The translations under genes and the position numbers were made by a program. The notes beneath the pieces were generated by a model. The model ran no database searches and was not told the origin of the DNA. It was given only the letters and a program-made list of their open reading frames with translations. From an uncultured delta proteobacterium (GTDB taxonomy: Bacteria; Myxococcota_A; Polyangia; Polyangiales; Houyiibacteriaceae), in NCBI GenBank assembly GCA_963699755.1, contig CAVOVB010000010.1:204363-268362 (forward strand): a stretch of 64,000 bases of DNA, written 5' to 3'. Below, piece after piece: positions 38,575 through 48,852 of this stretch. Position 1 is the stretch's first letter, and each line of letters begins with the position of its first letter.

Positions 38575-40557
38575 TCAGCCGTAGACATGCGGAATTGCGG
38601 CGCGTGCCGCCTCTGGCTTGAGTGCGTCAACGGCCTGAGTCTCATCGAACCAAACATAGGCGTCGAACTGCCAGGACAGCGCGGCCTGGAAGTAGTGGCT
38701 TTGAAGCTCGGTCTCCGGTCGATAAATGACGCCGATGGCCCGCTCCAAGCGCGGTGAACCCAGCTCCTCGCGAACCGCGTCGCGCGTCGGATAGCGGAGC
38801 GAGAGCAAGAACGCGGGCACCTCGCTGTCATGGCAAAGGCGCTCGTAGCTACTGGGATGTGAGGGCCGGACCCTCTTGATTTCCATAGGGCCGTCCCAAT
38901 CCGTGGCGGCCGCGACCGTCCCCGTATGGGTTCCAAAGCCGATCGAGAATGCGGCGTCCCCAAATTTCTGGCGGCACAGCTGCCCGATGTTGTGCTCGCC
39001 GCGCGCGGCCCCCATCTCGGTCGCCCGGGCGTCGCCGACGTGTGAATTGTGGGCCCAAACCACCACTTTCGAATCCGGGCCTCGAAACTCCAAGAGGCGC
39101 TCCAAGGTGTCGAACATGTGCTGGTCGCGAAGGTTCCAGGATGCTGGCCCCCCGTAGTACATGACGCGGTAGTACTGTTCCGCGGCGGACACCAAGTGGG
39201 CGTTGGAGGTGGCATCGAAGAACCGATCGCCTCCGGCCTTGGCATAGTCCAGCCGCCGCTCCAAGAGGTCGCGAAGGACGGCAACGACGGGGCGCTCGCA
39301 TTCAGCGTATCCTCGACTGATCGCGGCGCGTCCGTACAAAGCCGGGTCGCGCTCCCAGGGAGAAAGGCAAGCATACCGCTCTCCTGCGATTTTCGCGGCC
39401 TTTGGATCGACGTCATTCAGGTAGTGAAGGACCGCATCGAGTGACTTGTACAAGCTGTAGAGATCGAGGCCACGAAACCCTACCCGTCGCTCGGGGTCGT
39501 CGATCAGCTCATTGTGCGACTTCAGCCAGGCAACCAGCTCGAGAACCTCTCGGTTGCGCCACATCCAAGTCGGGAAACGTGTGAATGGTGGATCTTCGCG
39601 AACGGGGAAGTCCAGCCCGCGAACATGGTGATCGATGCGGGCTGCGTCGGGCCAGTCCCCCTCGATGGCAACGATATTGAAGCCGCGCCGCATGACGAGC
39701 TCCGTCGTGAGGCGAGTCCTCATTCGATAGAATTCAGACGTACCGTGGCTGGCCTCGCCGAGCAGCACGACGCGCGCATCGCCGATCTGCTCGAGCAATG
39801 GACCGAGCTCGACTTCGCCGATGTCGGCGATCGGTTGGCAGGCTTCACGAATCAAATGCGCGACCGGCGTCTCGGGACGCGGTGCGCGCTTCTGGCTTGG
39901 GGCCTCGGCACCCTCCGCGAAGCCTCCGGCGCCGATGAGTGGCACGAACCGGACGCCTCCCAAATCTTCGATGTCCGTCTGCCCAATGCTGTCTTTGGTG
40001 ACGCGCAGCAGGCGTTGGTCTCGGAGATCGGGTCCGACTGGAATCACGATTCGGCCGCCGGGCGCGAGTTGCTCGAGGAGGAACCGCGGGACTTCAGGCC
40101 CCCCCGCGGAGACCAGGATGGCATCAAAGGGCCCATGTTCGGGCCATCCCAGCGTCCCGTCTCCGCATAGAACGTACACGTTGCGATAGTCGAGCTCTCG
40201 CAGCCGACGCTCCGCTTGGTCAGCCAGCAGCCGATGACGCTCGATCGTGTAGACCTCGTCGGCGATTTCCGCGAGGACCGCGGCCGCGTAGCCGGAACCG
40301 GTACCAATCTCCAAGACCCGATCACGGGGCCCGAGCTTCAGCGCCTCGACCATCGCCGCCACGATGAAAGGCTGCGATATCGTCTGCCCTTCTTCGATCG
40401 GCAGGGGAGTGTCATCGTAGGCAAACTCCGCTAGCCGTTCCGGAAGGAACGCCTCGCGCGGCACCGCCCGCATCGCGCCGAGCACCTTGGCGTCGTGAAC
40501 GCCCCGCGCCTCCACGTGACGCTCCACCATGCGACGACGCTGTTCGCTGGTATCCAT
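38575..40557 (-). CDS. pcm: Protein-L-isoaspartate O-methyltransferase fused to erythromycin-esterase domain
   Basis: VPREAF, QTISQP, VLEIGTGSGY, FVPLIG; LLGEASHGTSEFY, EGDWPD, WAHNSHVGDARAT, ERAIGVIY. Confidence 0.92.
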   Translation of the reverse strand: MDTSEQRRRMVERHVEARGVHDAKVLGAMRAVPREAFLPERLAEFAYDDTPLPIEEGQTISQPFIVAAMVEALKLGPRDRVLEIGTGSGYAAAVLAEIADEVYTIERHRLLADQAERRLRELDYRNVYVLCGDGTLGWPEHGPFDAILVSAGGPEVPRFLLEQLAPGGRIVIPVGPDLRDQRLLRVTKDSIGQTDIEDLGGVRFVPLIGAGGFAEGAEAPSQKRAPRPETPVAHLIREACQPIADIGEVELGPLLEQIGDARVVLLGEASHGTSEFYRMRTRLTTELVMRRGFNIVAIEGDWPDAARIDHHVRGLDFPVREDPPFTRFPTWMWRNREVLELVAWLKSHNELIDDPERRVGFRGLDLYSLYKSLDAVLHYLNDVDPKAAKIAGERYACLSPWERDPALYGRAAISRGYAECERPVVAVLRDLLERRLDYAKAGGDRFFDATSNAHLVSAAEQYYRVMYYGGPASWNLRDQHMFDTLERLLEFRGPDSKVVVWAHNSHVGDARATEMGAARGEHNIGQLCRQKFGDAAFSIGFGTHTGTVAAATDWDGPMEIKRVRPSHPSSYERLCHDSEVPAFLLSLRYPTRDAVREELGSPRLERAIGVIYRPETELQSHYFQAALSWQFDAYVWFDETQAVDALKPEAARAAIPHVYG

Positions 40558-40657
40558 GTCGATCAGCCGAGCTCCCGCACGCTGGCGCGAGCCAAAGGCT
40601 CGGTCTTGGCTTCACCGCGGATTCGAAGCTCTATCTGTGTCATCGGCTCCACCTGCC

Positions 40658-41107
40658 CTAGGATTTGATCTCGACCGTCCTTGCCTTGGATTCCTTGGGC
40701 GTCGTGCGTGGGATTCGCACCTTGAGTAGGCCGTCCTTGTATTCGGCCGCGACCTTGTCTTCGTTGGCGTCATCAGGCAGCGTGAAGCTCCGCATGAAGC
40801 TCCCATACGAGCTTTCGACACGATGATGCTTCTTGCCCTTTTCTTCCTTTTCCTCGCGCCGTTCCCCGCGGAGCGTCAGAACGCGGTCTTCGATGTTCAC
40901 ATCGAAGTCGTCTTTTTTCACTCCCGGCAACTCCGCCTCGATCCGGTACTCCTCGGAAGTCTCCGATACATTGCACGTCGGCGCCCAGTCGGCGATCGAC
41001 AATGCCTCGCGCTCTCCGAACGGCCAAGTCGCCAACATCTCGCGAACCGCTTCTTGCAAGTTTCCAAATCCGGCTAGCGGGTCACGCCCTCTTTTGATGA
41101 GTGTCAT
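40658..41107 (-). CDS. Hsp20/alpha-crystallin small heat shock protein
   Basis: AELPGV, LTLRGER, YGSFMRSFTLP, A.YKDGLL. Confidence 0.95.
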   Translation of the reverse strand: MTLIKRGRDPLAGFGNLQEAVREMLATWPFGEREALSIADWAPTCNVSETSEEYRIEAELPGVKKDDFDVNIEDRVLTLRGERREEKEEKGKKHHRVESSYGSFMRSFTLPDDANEDKVAAEYKDGLLKVRIPRTTPKESKARTVEIKS

Positions 41108-41152
41108 TTTCCCCTACCTCCTGCCCCGGGACAGCCGAAGCAAGAATGTATA

Positions 41153-41291
41153 AGCAACAATCGGGCCACATGCCGGCCTGCGGGTTCACCAAGCTGCGTC
41201 ACTCGACAAACAGGCCTAAACTGCCGATCCTCGGGTCCCAGCGCACGAGCGACGCTCCCGGTGCTCGTGCGCTGTCGCGCATATTCTGCGT
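41153..41291 (-). promoter_or_regulatory. Sigma54 promoter of hsp20 with upstream boxes
   Basis: TGGCCCG-ATTG-TTGCT (41168-41153); GCGCA-TATTC-TGCGT 41277-41291; partial GCGCA-CGAGC-GACGC 41241-41255. Confidence 0.7.
41239..41274 (-). terminator. Hairpin downstream of polX
   Basis: CAGCGCACGAGC...GCTCGTGCGCTG 12-bp inverted repeat; no clear U-tract. Confidence 0.45.
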
Positions 41292-41298
41292 CGAGCAT

Positions 41299-43020
41299 TC
41301 AAGGTCGCGCCAATAGCTTCTTCAGTGCGCGCCAAGGCCTGGTGTTGAGCACGTCCTCGGGCTCGAGCCATCCCCGGCGACCCTGATCCACGCCAAAGCG
41401 CATGTATTCCAAGTTGCTCTTGCTGTGGGCGTCCGTCGAAATGGCGAGCTTGAGGCCCATGTCCTTGGCCATGCGGCAACGGACGTCATCGAGATCGAGG
41501 CGATCGGGCTGCGCATTGAGCTCGAGGTAGCAGCCTCGTTCGAGGGCTGCCTCCATGACGCGTTCCATATCGAGCTCGTAGCCGGGTCGTTGGTTGATGA
41601 GACGCCCGGTCGGATGGGCCAAGATATTGAAGTACGGGTTGTCCATGGCACGCATGATCCGTTCTGATTGGGCGTCGCGGCTCAATCCGAAGCCGCTGTG
41701 GACGGCGCAGACGGTGAGGTCCAATTGCTTTAGGACGCTATCGCTCAAGTCGAGTGTTCCATCTGCCAGAATGTCCACTTCGACGCCCTTGAGGACGCGG
41801 ATCCCCACGAGCCGCGAGTTCAGACGATCGATTGCATCGAGCTGCCGCCGAAGACGCTTCTCGTCCATTCCATTGGCGATGGTGACGCGCTTCGAATGGT
41901 CGGTGATCGCCAGGTAGCCATAGCCCAGCTTCTTGGCCGCTTCGGCCATCTCTCGTATCGAATCGTGGCCGTCCGTGGCATCGCTGTGCGCGTGTAGATC
42001 CCCACGGATGTCGCCGACGCAAACGAGGCGCGGCAGCCGGTTCTCCTTGGCGGCTTCGATCTCTCCCCGGTTCTCTCTCAGCTCGGGTTCGATGTAGCGA
42101 AGGCCCACGGCCTTGAAAAGCTCGTTTTCGGCCTTGCCCGCAACCCTGCGTTCGCCTCTGAAAACGCCGTATTCGTTGATCTTCAACTTCTTCTTCACCG
42201 CAATCGCGCGGACCGCGATGTTGTGCGCCTTGGAGCCCGTGAAGTAGTACAAGGCCGCCCCGTAAGAAGCTTGCGCCACGACCCGCAGGTCGACTTGAAG
42301 CCCTGATCGCAATACGACGGTAGCCCGCGTCGTACCGCGTGAGACGACTGCATCCACTTCGTCGTACTCGACAAAGCCCTTGATGATCGCTGAGCCCTTC
42401 TCGCAGGTAACCAGAATGTCCAGGTCTCCGACGGTTTCCTTCCGGCGACGATAGCTCCCGGCGACGATGACGTCTTTCACGCCTGGAATGGCTTTGAGGT
42501 GGTCGACGTACAGGCTTGCGATCTCCTCGACGTCGGCGAGCTGGTGTCTTCGTTCTTCTGGCGCATGCATGGAGAGCGCCTCGAGAATTCGTCGCTCCGT
42601 CTTCGCTCCGAATCCCGTGAGCTCGCGAATCCGGTGCTTTGTAGCGGCGCGTTCCAAGTCGGCGAGGTCGCGGATTCCCAACTCCTCATGCAAGACCTTG
42701 ACCCGCTTCGGACCCAATCCGGGCAGCCGGGTCAGATCGATGAGCCCCACTGGCACCTCTTTCTCCACCTCTTCGAGCGCGGGGAAATGCCCCGTGTCGA
42801 TGAACTCGGAGATCTTCCCGGCCAGATCCTTTCCAATTCCGGGTAGCCTCGAGAGGTCCTCTTCCTCTGCGAGCATGTCGCCGACGCTTCGCGGCAGGCT
42901 GTCCAGCGTTTGGGCCGCGTTTCGATAGGCACGCACCCGGAACGGATTGGCCCCTTGGATTTCGAGCAGGGCGGCCATCCGATCGAACAGGTCGGCGATT
43001 TCGGCATTACGAACAGGCAT
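41299..43020 (-). CDS. polX: DNA polymerase X / PHP 3'-5' exonuclease
   Basis: NPFRVRAY, GSYRRRKETVGDLDIL, VDLRVV, TGSKAHN, GDLHAHS, TDHS, HPTGR, STDAH. Confidence 0.95.
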   Translation of the reverse strand: MPVRNAEIADLFDRMAALLEIQGANPFRVRAYRNAAQTLDSLPRSVGDMLAEEEDLSRLPGIGKDLAGKISEFIDTGHFPALEEVEKEVPVGLIDLTRLPGLGPKRVKVLHEELGIRDLADLERAATKHRIRELTGFGAKTERRILEALSMHAPEERRHQLADVEEIASLYVDHLKAIPGVKDVIVAGSYRRRKETVGDLDILVTCEKGSAIIKGFVEYDEVDAVVSRGTTRATVVLRSGLQVDLRVVAQASYGAALYYFTGSKAHNIAVRAIAVKKKLKINEYGVFRGERRVAGKAENELFKAVGLRYIEPELRENRGEIEAAKENRLPRLVCVGDIRGDLHAHSDATDGHDSIREMAEAAKKLGYGYLAITDHSKRVTIANGMDEKRLRRQLDAIDRLNSRLVGIRVLKGVEVDILADGTLDLSDSVLKQLDLTVCAVHSGFGLSRDAQSERIMRAMDNPYFNILAHPTGRLINQRPGYELDMERVMEAALERGCYLELNAQPDRLDLDDVRCRMAKDMGLKLAISTDAHSKSNLEYMRFGVDQGRRGWLEPEDVLNTRPWRALKKLLARP

Positions 43021-43183
43021 GAACCCGAAGGCAACGCTTCATGCGTCACCGAGTACTTCTCCCTCTTCGCCGCTCGTAGGGCAAGCCCGGCGAAGGACCA
43101 ACGCTTGAAACGACCCCAGGCGCAGAATCTGGGCGAGTTGCCGAAGGAGCTGGGGGTCAGACCTTCGGTGAAGACCTGGTTCG

Positions 43184-45910
43184 CTAGACCGATGCGCCGT
43201 CCGGCCGACTTGGGCGTCTACCGAGCGAGACGACCTTCTTGCGCAGATAGTCCGCCACGAAGATCAGCGGCGCTCCGAGCCAGACCATGGCGTACATCTC
43301 CGGGGAGACCGGGCCGGTGCCGAGCACGCGACGCAGCGGCGGAAAGTAGAGGGTGGCCCACGAGAAACCGATTTCGATGGCAAATCCGATAAGAATCAAT
43401 CGATTGTCGAGGAGACCGCGATCGAGTCCTGAACGGGTGGCAGATCGGCGACCGATGAAATTGCCGATCTGCATCAGCATGATCGTGGCAAGTGCGACGC
43501 CCGTCGCCGACTGATAGAGCGGATCACTCGCCGTGAGCCGCTCTCCGTAGTGCCAACCTCCCGCGTGCAGGACCCAGAAGAACAGAGCCAGGGAGTATGT
43601 GGCCTCGATGAGACCTAAGAAGAAGTAGCTGTGGGCGACGAGCCGAAAGTTGAGCAGGGGTTCGTCGCGGCCGCGTGGTGACTGCATCATCGTTTCGTCG
43701 TCGGTGGGCTCTTGGCCGAGAGCTATCGATGGAATGATGTCCGTCCCAAGGTCGATCGCCAGGATCTGAATGATCGTCAGCGCCAGTGGCACTGGAAAGA
43801 GGATGTAGATCAAGTACGGTAAGATCTCTGGCCCATTGCTGACCAGAACGTAGTTCGTGAATTTCTGGATGTTGTTGAAGATCGTGCGCCCTTCGGCGAC
43901 GCCCGCGACGATAGATGCAAAATTGTCGTCGAGGAGGATGATCTGAGCGGCCTCTCGGGCGACATCCGTTCCGCTGACGCCCATCGCGACACCCACGTCC
44001 GCTGCCTTCAGTGCGGGCGCGTCATTGACGCCATCACCTGTCATCGCGACCACGAGCCCAAGCCGCTTCAGTGCGGTGACGATCTTCATCTTCTGTTCGG
44101 GGGTGGTCCGCGCAAATACGCACACGCCTCCTTCGAGAAGCTCGCAGAGCTCGGCTTGTCGTAAGCGCTCGAGGTCCTCCCCCGATAGGACGAACGGCTC
44201 TGAGCCGCCGGCCGACGGGTCGGACGCTGGTAGGATGCGCGCCTTGCGTGCAATGGCGGAGGCGGTCTGAGGGTGATCTCCGGTGATGAGCAGAACGCGA
44301 ATCCCAGCTTGGCCGCACTTGCTGACCGCATCTGGGACTTCGGGCCGCAACGGATCCTCGAGACAGAGGAATCCCTCTAGCCTCAACCCATGCTCTAGTT
44401 CCTCTTGCTCGATCTCTTCCCGCTCGAGCTCCGGCGCACCCGCGGGGACGACGCGCGTCGCGATGGCAATGATGCGTTGACCCTCGCCCGCCAAGCGATC
44501 AACCAACGCGTCGATCTCCGCTAGCGACCCCGTAGTGGCTTCGTGCCCGGGCCCGTTGGTCTCCGAGATCTCGCCAATCCGCGGACGGAGCGCCTCCCAT
44601 GCGCCTTTGACAGCGAAGACCGCGTCGCGCCGACCTCGCCGAAGCCCCGCGGCCCGCCGCTTGCGCAAATCAAAGGCGAAATGTCGCGTCGTCTGTTGAA
44701 GGACCTCGTCCACGTCGCCGACTTCGACTGCGTACAGCTCCGCCAGCGCGACGTCGAGCGGATCGCCTACCCATTTGCCCGCTTGTTGGTGAGGCTCGCT
44801 GGCGATCAGGCCCGAGCGCAGAATCTCTCCGCGCAGTGGCCGCGATTGGGTGATCTCGCTGCCCCTCGCGTCGACGATCCGAGTAATCGAGAGCTGGTTG
44901 AGCGTGAGGGTGCCAGTCTTGTCGGTACAGATCGCATGGACCGCGCCGAGCCCTTCGACGGCATTCAAGCTCTTGACCAAGACGTTTTGGCGGGCCATCC
45001 GCAGGCTTCCCATCGCCAACGACAGCGTGAAGGTGGGCAGCAATCCCTCGGGAACGTTGGCCACGATGATGCCGAGCATGAACACCAAGTTCACCCAGAG
45101 CGGGCGTCCCGCGAACACGCCGTACGCGAAGAAGACGCCACCCATGGTGACGGCGATCGCCGTCAGCACTCGCACCATGTGCGTGGTCTGTCGCTCGAGC
45201 GGCGAGGCCGGCCGGCGAATGTCGCGAGAGAGGGCCGCCACTTGTCCAAACTGCGTTCGCTCGCCGGTGGCGAAGACGACCGCAAGCCCGGAACCCTTGA
45301 GCACGGAGCAGCCGGCGAACGCGATATTGCTGCTATCGATCAAGCGCCCGGGCACCGCGGCCTCCGTGAGCGGTACAGCCCCGGATTCTCCTGTGAGCGG
45401 TGCATTGTTGACCAGCAACTCGGTGCACTGTACGAGCCGCGCGTCGGCGGGAATGCGATCCCCCTCCTCGATGAGAAGCACGTCGCCGGGAACCACGTTC
45501 TCCGCCAGCATCTCGATCTCGTGGCCCTCACGGCGCACCGCCACGTGCGGCGGCAAGAACTTCGCCAGGGCCTGCATGGCACGATCGACTCGGTACTCTT
45601 GGAAGAACGCAAAGGACGCGTTCAGCAGCGATACGGAGAGCAGCGCCCAGCCGAGAATGTCCATCCGTTCGCCTGGCTGCATGGCGTCGGCCACAAAACA
45701 GAGCGCCGCCGCCACATCGAGCAGCAAGCTGAAGAAGTTGGTGAGCTGTCGAAACAGACTGCGAGCCAAGCGAAAGCGTGCAGGGGGACTCAAGGCGTTC
45801 TTGCCCAACTCACGCAAGCGCTCGGCGACCTCCGTCGAGGTCAGGCCGTCAGGACGGCTGTGCAGTAGCTCGAACACGCGTTCGGGCGGGGCGTTTTGGA
45901 TCTGGCTCAC
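43184..45910 (-). CDS. Cation-transporting P-type ATPase (type II)
   Basis: LTGES, ANVPEGL, DKTGTLT, KGAWE, TGDHP, TGDGVNDAPALK. Confidence 0.95.
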   Translation of the reverse strand: MSQIQNAPPERVFELLHSRPDGLTSTEVAERLRELGKNALSPPARFRLARSLFRQLTNFFSLLLDVAAALCFVADAMQPGERMDILGWALLSVSLLNASFAFFQEYRVDRAMQALAKFLPPHVAVRREGHEIEMLAENVVPGDVLLIEEGDRIPADARLVQCTELLVNNAPLTGESGAVPLTEAAVPGRLIDSSNIAFAGCSVLKGSGLAVVFATGERTQFGQVAALSRDIRRPASPLERQTTHMVRVLTAIAVTMGGVFFAYGVFAGRPLWVNLVFMLGIIVANVPEGLLPTFTLSLAMGSLRMARQNVLVKSLNAVEGLGAVHAICTDKTGTLTLNQLSITRIVDARGSEITQSRPLRGEILRSGLIASEPHQQAGKWVGDPLDVALAELYAVEVGDVDEVLQQTTRHFAFDLRKRRAAGLRRGRRDAVFAVKGAWEALRPRIGEISETNGPGHEATTGSLAEIDALVDRLAGEGQRIIAIATRVVPAGAPELEREEIEQEELEHGLRLEGFLCLEDPLRPEVPDAVSKCGQAGIRVLLITGDHPQTASAIARKARILPASDPSAGGSEPFVLSGEDLERLRQAELCELLEGGVCVFARTTPEQKMKIVTALKRLGLVVAMTGDGVNDAPALKAADVGVAMGVSGTDVAREAAQIILLDDNFASIVAGVAEGRTIFNNIQKFTNYVLVSNGPEILPYLIYILFPVPLALTIIQILAIDLGTDIIPSIALGQEPTDDETMMQSPRGRDEPLLNFRLVAHSYFFLGLIEATYSLALFFWVLHAGGWHYGERLTASDPLYQSATGVALATIMLMQIGNFIGRRSATRSGLDRGLLDNRLILIGFAIEIGFSWATLYFPPLRRVLGTGPVSPEMYAMVWLGAPLIFVADYLRKKVVSLGRRPSRPDGASV

Positions 45911-46746
45911 GACGGGGTTCCGTAGATGGCGACGTCACAGGGCGCGTTTCGCAGGACCTGCTCGATCGGGCTTCCGTACACCGAACGCTGGCGAAGCGAC
46001 GCCGTAGAAGCGCCCATGTAGATGAGCTGGGACTTGGTCTTGCCGGCATGGATGACAATCTCTTTGGGAATGTCATCGGAGAGGAGGACGGTGGCGTCGA
46101 GCCTGGTGGATGGCAAACCAAGCTCGGAGCCCAAGGTTTGCTCTATCTCGGCGACGTAGTGCTGTCGCATCTGAAGCAAGCGCGCTGCCTCCGCGTGACT
46201 GATGCGCTCAAACCGCTGCCGGCTCAGCTGATGAACCAGCAGGACTTCGACCGCGCTCGCGTCGGGCGCGAGCAGACGAAGATAGGGCAATCCAACTCGG
46301 ATACCTTCGGGGCGACCGCTCACCGGAACCAAGAACTTGTGAGGACCTCCCAAGAGCCCCGGCTGCACAACCCGGACCGAGAGAACCTGGCAGCGACCCT
46401 CGCGCAACAACTTTTCCGATACCGTGTCGGCGAGAAAGCCGCGTCCCTTTTGGCGCACGCGGGTTCCGCAGACCAGATAGTGGGCAGGGTCCTGTGGAAC
46501 GAGCGCCAGAAGTGTGGCCGCCACGGTCTTGCGCTCGGGCTTGACGGTGAGCTCGAGCGGCAGAGCAAGCTCCTCGGAATCGGCTTCGATGCGGGCGAAG
46601 CGCTGCTCCACGGCCGCTTTCGAAAGCTGACCGTCTTCCACGTACAAGACGTGGAGCCCGGGCTCGGGGAGCCGGCTCGCCATCTTCATGGCATAGCGTG
46701 CGACCCAGTCACCGTGAATCGACCCGTCGTAGGCGAAATGCAGCAT
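45907..46746 (-). CDS. Tandem universal stress protein
   Basis: FAYDGS, LADTVSEKLL, MGAS....YGSPIEQVLRNAPCDV; GGAG 6 nt before ATG 46746. Confidence 0.85.
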   Translation of the reverse strand: MLHFAYDGSIHGDWVARYAMKMASRLPEPGLHVLYVEDGQLSKAAVEQRFARIEADSEELALPLELTVKPERKTVAATLLALVPQDPAHYLVCGTRVRQKGRGFLADTVSEKLLREGRCQVLSVRVVQPGLLGGPHKFLVPVSGRPEGIRVGLPYLRLLAPDASAVEVLLVHQLSRQRFERISHAEAARLLQMRQHYVAEIEQTLGSELGLPSTRLDATVLLSDDIPKEIVIHAGKTKSQLIYMGASTASLRQRSVYGSPIEQVLRNAPCDVAIYGTPS

Positions 46747-46986
46747 GCCTGTCTCCACCGCGTTGATGATCCCGTGAGCGTGAGAAGTCACCTACCACGG
46801 AGAGTCTTCTAGGAGAAATCGCCAACGTCGTACGCTATCTAGACATCTCTCGCGAGACGCTCCGCGATCGGCTTTCAAGCGCTCCCTACCCAACGCGCAT
46901 CGAACGTTTCGTATCAATGGCCTTTCCGTTCGAGTCTATCGACCATAACCTCCGCGTTAGACCCGTACACCCCCGGAGACAATCCA

Positions 46987-47700
46987 ATGGTGCAACACTG
47001 ACACGAGAGCGAGAGGTGCCAAGTCTGCCACCGAAGCAAAGCGACGAATCGAACGCTCCCCGCGATCATGGCGCGAGGAGGCGTCAAGGACTTGATTCGC
47101 AGAGACCATTCCGATTGGAACGATAGCGGATTTATCTGTTTCACTTGCCTCGACCAATATCGCGCCGAGTATGTGCGGCAGCTCATGGAGAGGGACCTCG
47201 GCGAGCTGGACGAGCTGGAACAGGCGGTCGTCAAGAGCCTGGGAGACAATGCCTTGCTCTCTGAGAACCTCAACGAGGAATACGAGCGTTCCATCACCAG
47301 AGGGGATCGACTCGCGGACAAGGTGGCCGAGTTCGGTGGGAGCTGGAGGTTCATCATCTGGTTCGGCATCTTGCTAGGCACTTGGATTGCGCTCAATTCA
47401 CTGATGTTTCTCTGGCAACCCTTCGATCCCTATCCATTCATCCTGCTGAACCTCTTGCTCTCCTCGCTCGCGGCGATTCAGGCGCCGATCATCATGATGA
47501 GCCAAAACCGGCAAGAAGATCGCGACCGGATACGGGCGGAGAACGACTACCAGGTGAACCTGAAAGCGGAGATGGAAATCCGCATGATCAAGGAAAGGCT
47601 CGACCACCTCCTCCACGCGGAAATGCGCCGATTCATGGAGATTCAGCAGATCCAAATGGACATGCTCCAGGAGCTCCACGGGGACCTGCGCCGCCGCTGA
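46987..47700 (+). CDS. DUF1003 membrane protein with N-terminal CxxC..CxxC region; in-frame TGA at codon 5 (Sec, readthrough or nonsense)
   Basis: GGAG RBS 46975; ATG GTG CAA CAC TGA CAC...CQVC...in frame with ATG 47068; GDRLADKVAEFGGSW, FDPYPFILLNL, QAPIIMMSQNRQ. Confidence 0.8.
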
Positions 47701-47763
47701 GCGGCAGGATCGGGTGAGCAAGATCAGAAGCCGCCGTGCCGCCCGAATCACAAGACGATTGCA

Positions 47764-48699
47764 GTGCGGGGGCGGAAGCTTACTCTAGGCCTCACGGTGA
47801 TTCACTTCTGGCTGCGGCTACCTGGTTTCCACGACGTCAACTCGCTCGACAATCGCGATCCGAAGGTGCTGCAGCGTTTCGCTGACCTCGCTGGGCCGAT
47901 GCTCTGGAAGTGGTTTCGACCTCGGGTCCGCGGTCTCGAGAACGTCCCCGACGGCGGCGCACTCTACGTCTGCAACCACAGTGGTGGCTTCATGACCCCG
48001 GACACGTGGATCTTGGCAGTCGCCCTGACACGGGAGCGCGGAACCGACGACGTCCCGTATGCGCTTGCGCATCAGGTCGTCATGGAGGCCCCGCTCACGA
48101 ACCAGTTGCTGCCAGCCATGGGTGCGCTCGCCGCCAACCCCGAGAATGCGCACCGGGTCTTTGCCGCTGGACGCAAGGTACTGGTCTATCCGGGCGGCGA
48201 CCTCGATGCGTTTCGCCCATCACGTGACCGCGGTCGCGTCGTTTTCGGTCCCCGACGTGGCTACGTGCGGCTGGCACTGCGTGAGGGCGTACCGATCATC
48301 CCGGTCGTCTCGGCGGGCTCTCATGACGTATGGTGGGTCCTGAGCGACGGGCGCTGGTTGTCGCGCCTGCTACGCACTCACCGGTTCCTGCGCACCGATG
48401 TTCTCCCGATCACGGTGTCGGTGCCTTGGGGGCTCACCGTCGGTGCGCCGCCCTTCCTTCCTCTGCCCGTCTCTGTCTTCATCGACGTCCTCGAGCCTAT
48501 CTACTTCGAGCGCTCGGGGCCGGAGGCGGCAGACGACGTGGGGTATGTGGAGGCGTGCCATCAGCGCGTGCTCGAGACGATGCAGGCCGCGCTCGACCAA
48601 CTCATCGAGGAGCGCCGCCTCTCCCAGCGAGAGCGCGTCCCTGCCCGGCTCCGGCGTGTGGCTCGCATCATCTCGCCAGCTCCTCGCGGTTCGCGATGA
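47764..48699 (+). CDS. Lysophospholipid/glycerol acyltransferase family protein
   Basis: NHSGG...D, YALAH, LVYPGG, PIIPVV; start uncertain. Confidence 0.85.
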   Translation: MRGRKLTLGLTVIHFWLRLPGFHDVNSLDNRDPKVLQRFADLAGPMLWKWFRPRVRGLENVPDGGALYVCNHSGGFMTPDTWILAVALTRERGTDDVPYALAHQVVMEAPLTNQLLPAMGALAANPENAHRVFAAGRKVLVYPGGDLDAFRPSRDRGRVVFGPRRGYVRLALREGVPIIPVVSAGSHDVWWVLSDGRWLSRLLRTHRFLRTDVLPITVSVPWGLTVGAPPFLPLPVSVFIDVLEPIYFERSGPEAADDVGYVEACHQRVLETMQAALDQLIEERRLSQRERVPARLRRVARIISPAPRGSR

Positions 48700-48852
48700 T
48701 TTCTTCGATCGTGAATGGGTTTGCGGCGCAACGACGCGGGTTTGCCAGGACGCAAGAGTGAGCTTGCTGAGGCTCGCCTTAGGGCCCAGGATATGGGACG
48801 AATCGAACAAGGCCCTCGCTCCATCGCCGAATGTGCGGCGGCCTCGGTTATC

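Noticed and set aside
43120..43134. GCGCA-GAATC-TGGGC box upstream of polX as evidence of regulon membership
   Set aside because: No convincing -24/-12 element found at the expected distance; left as unproven
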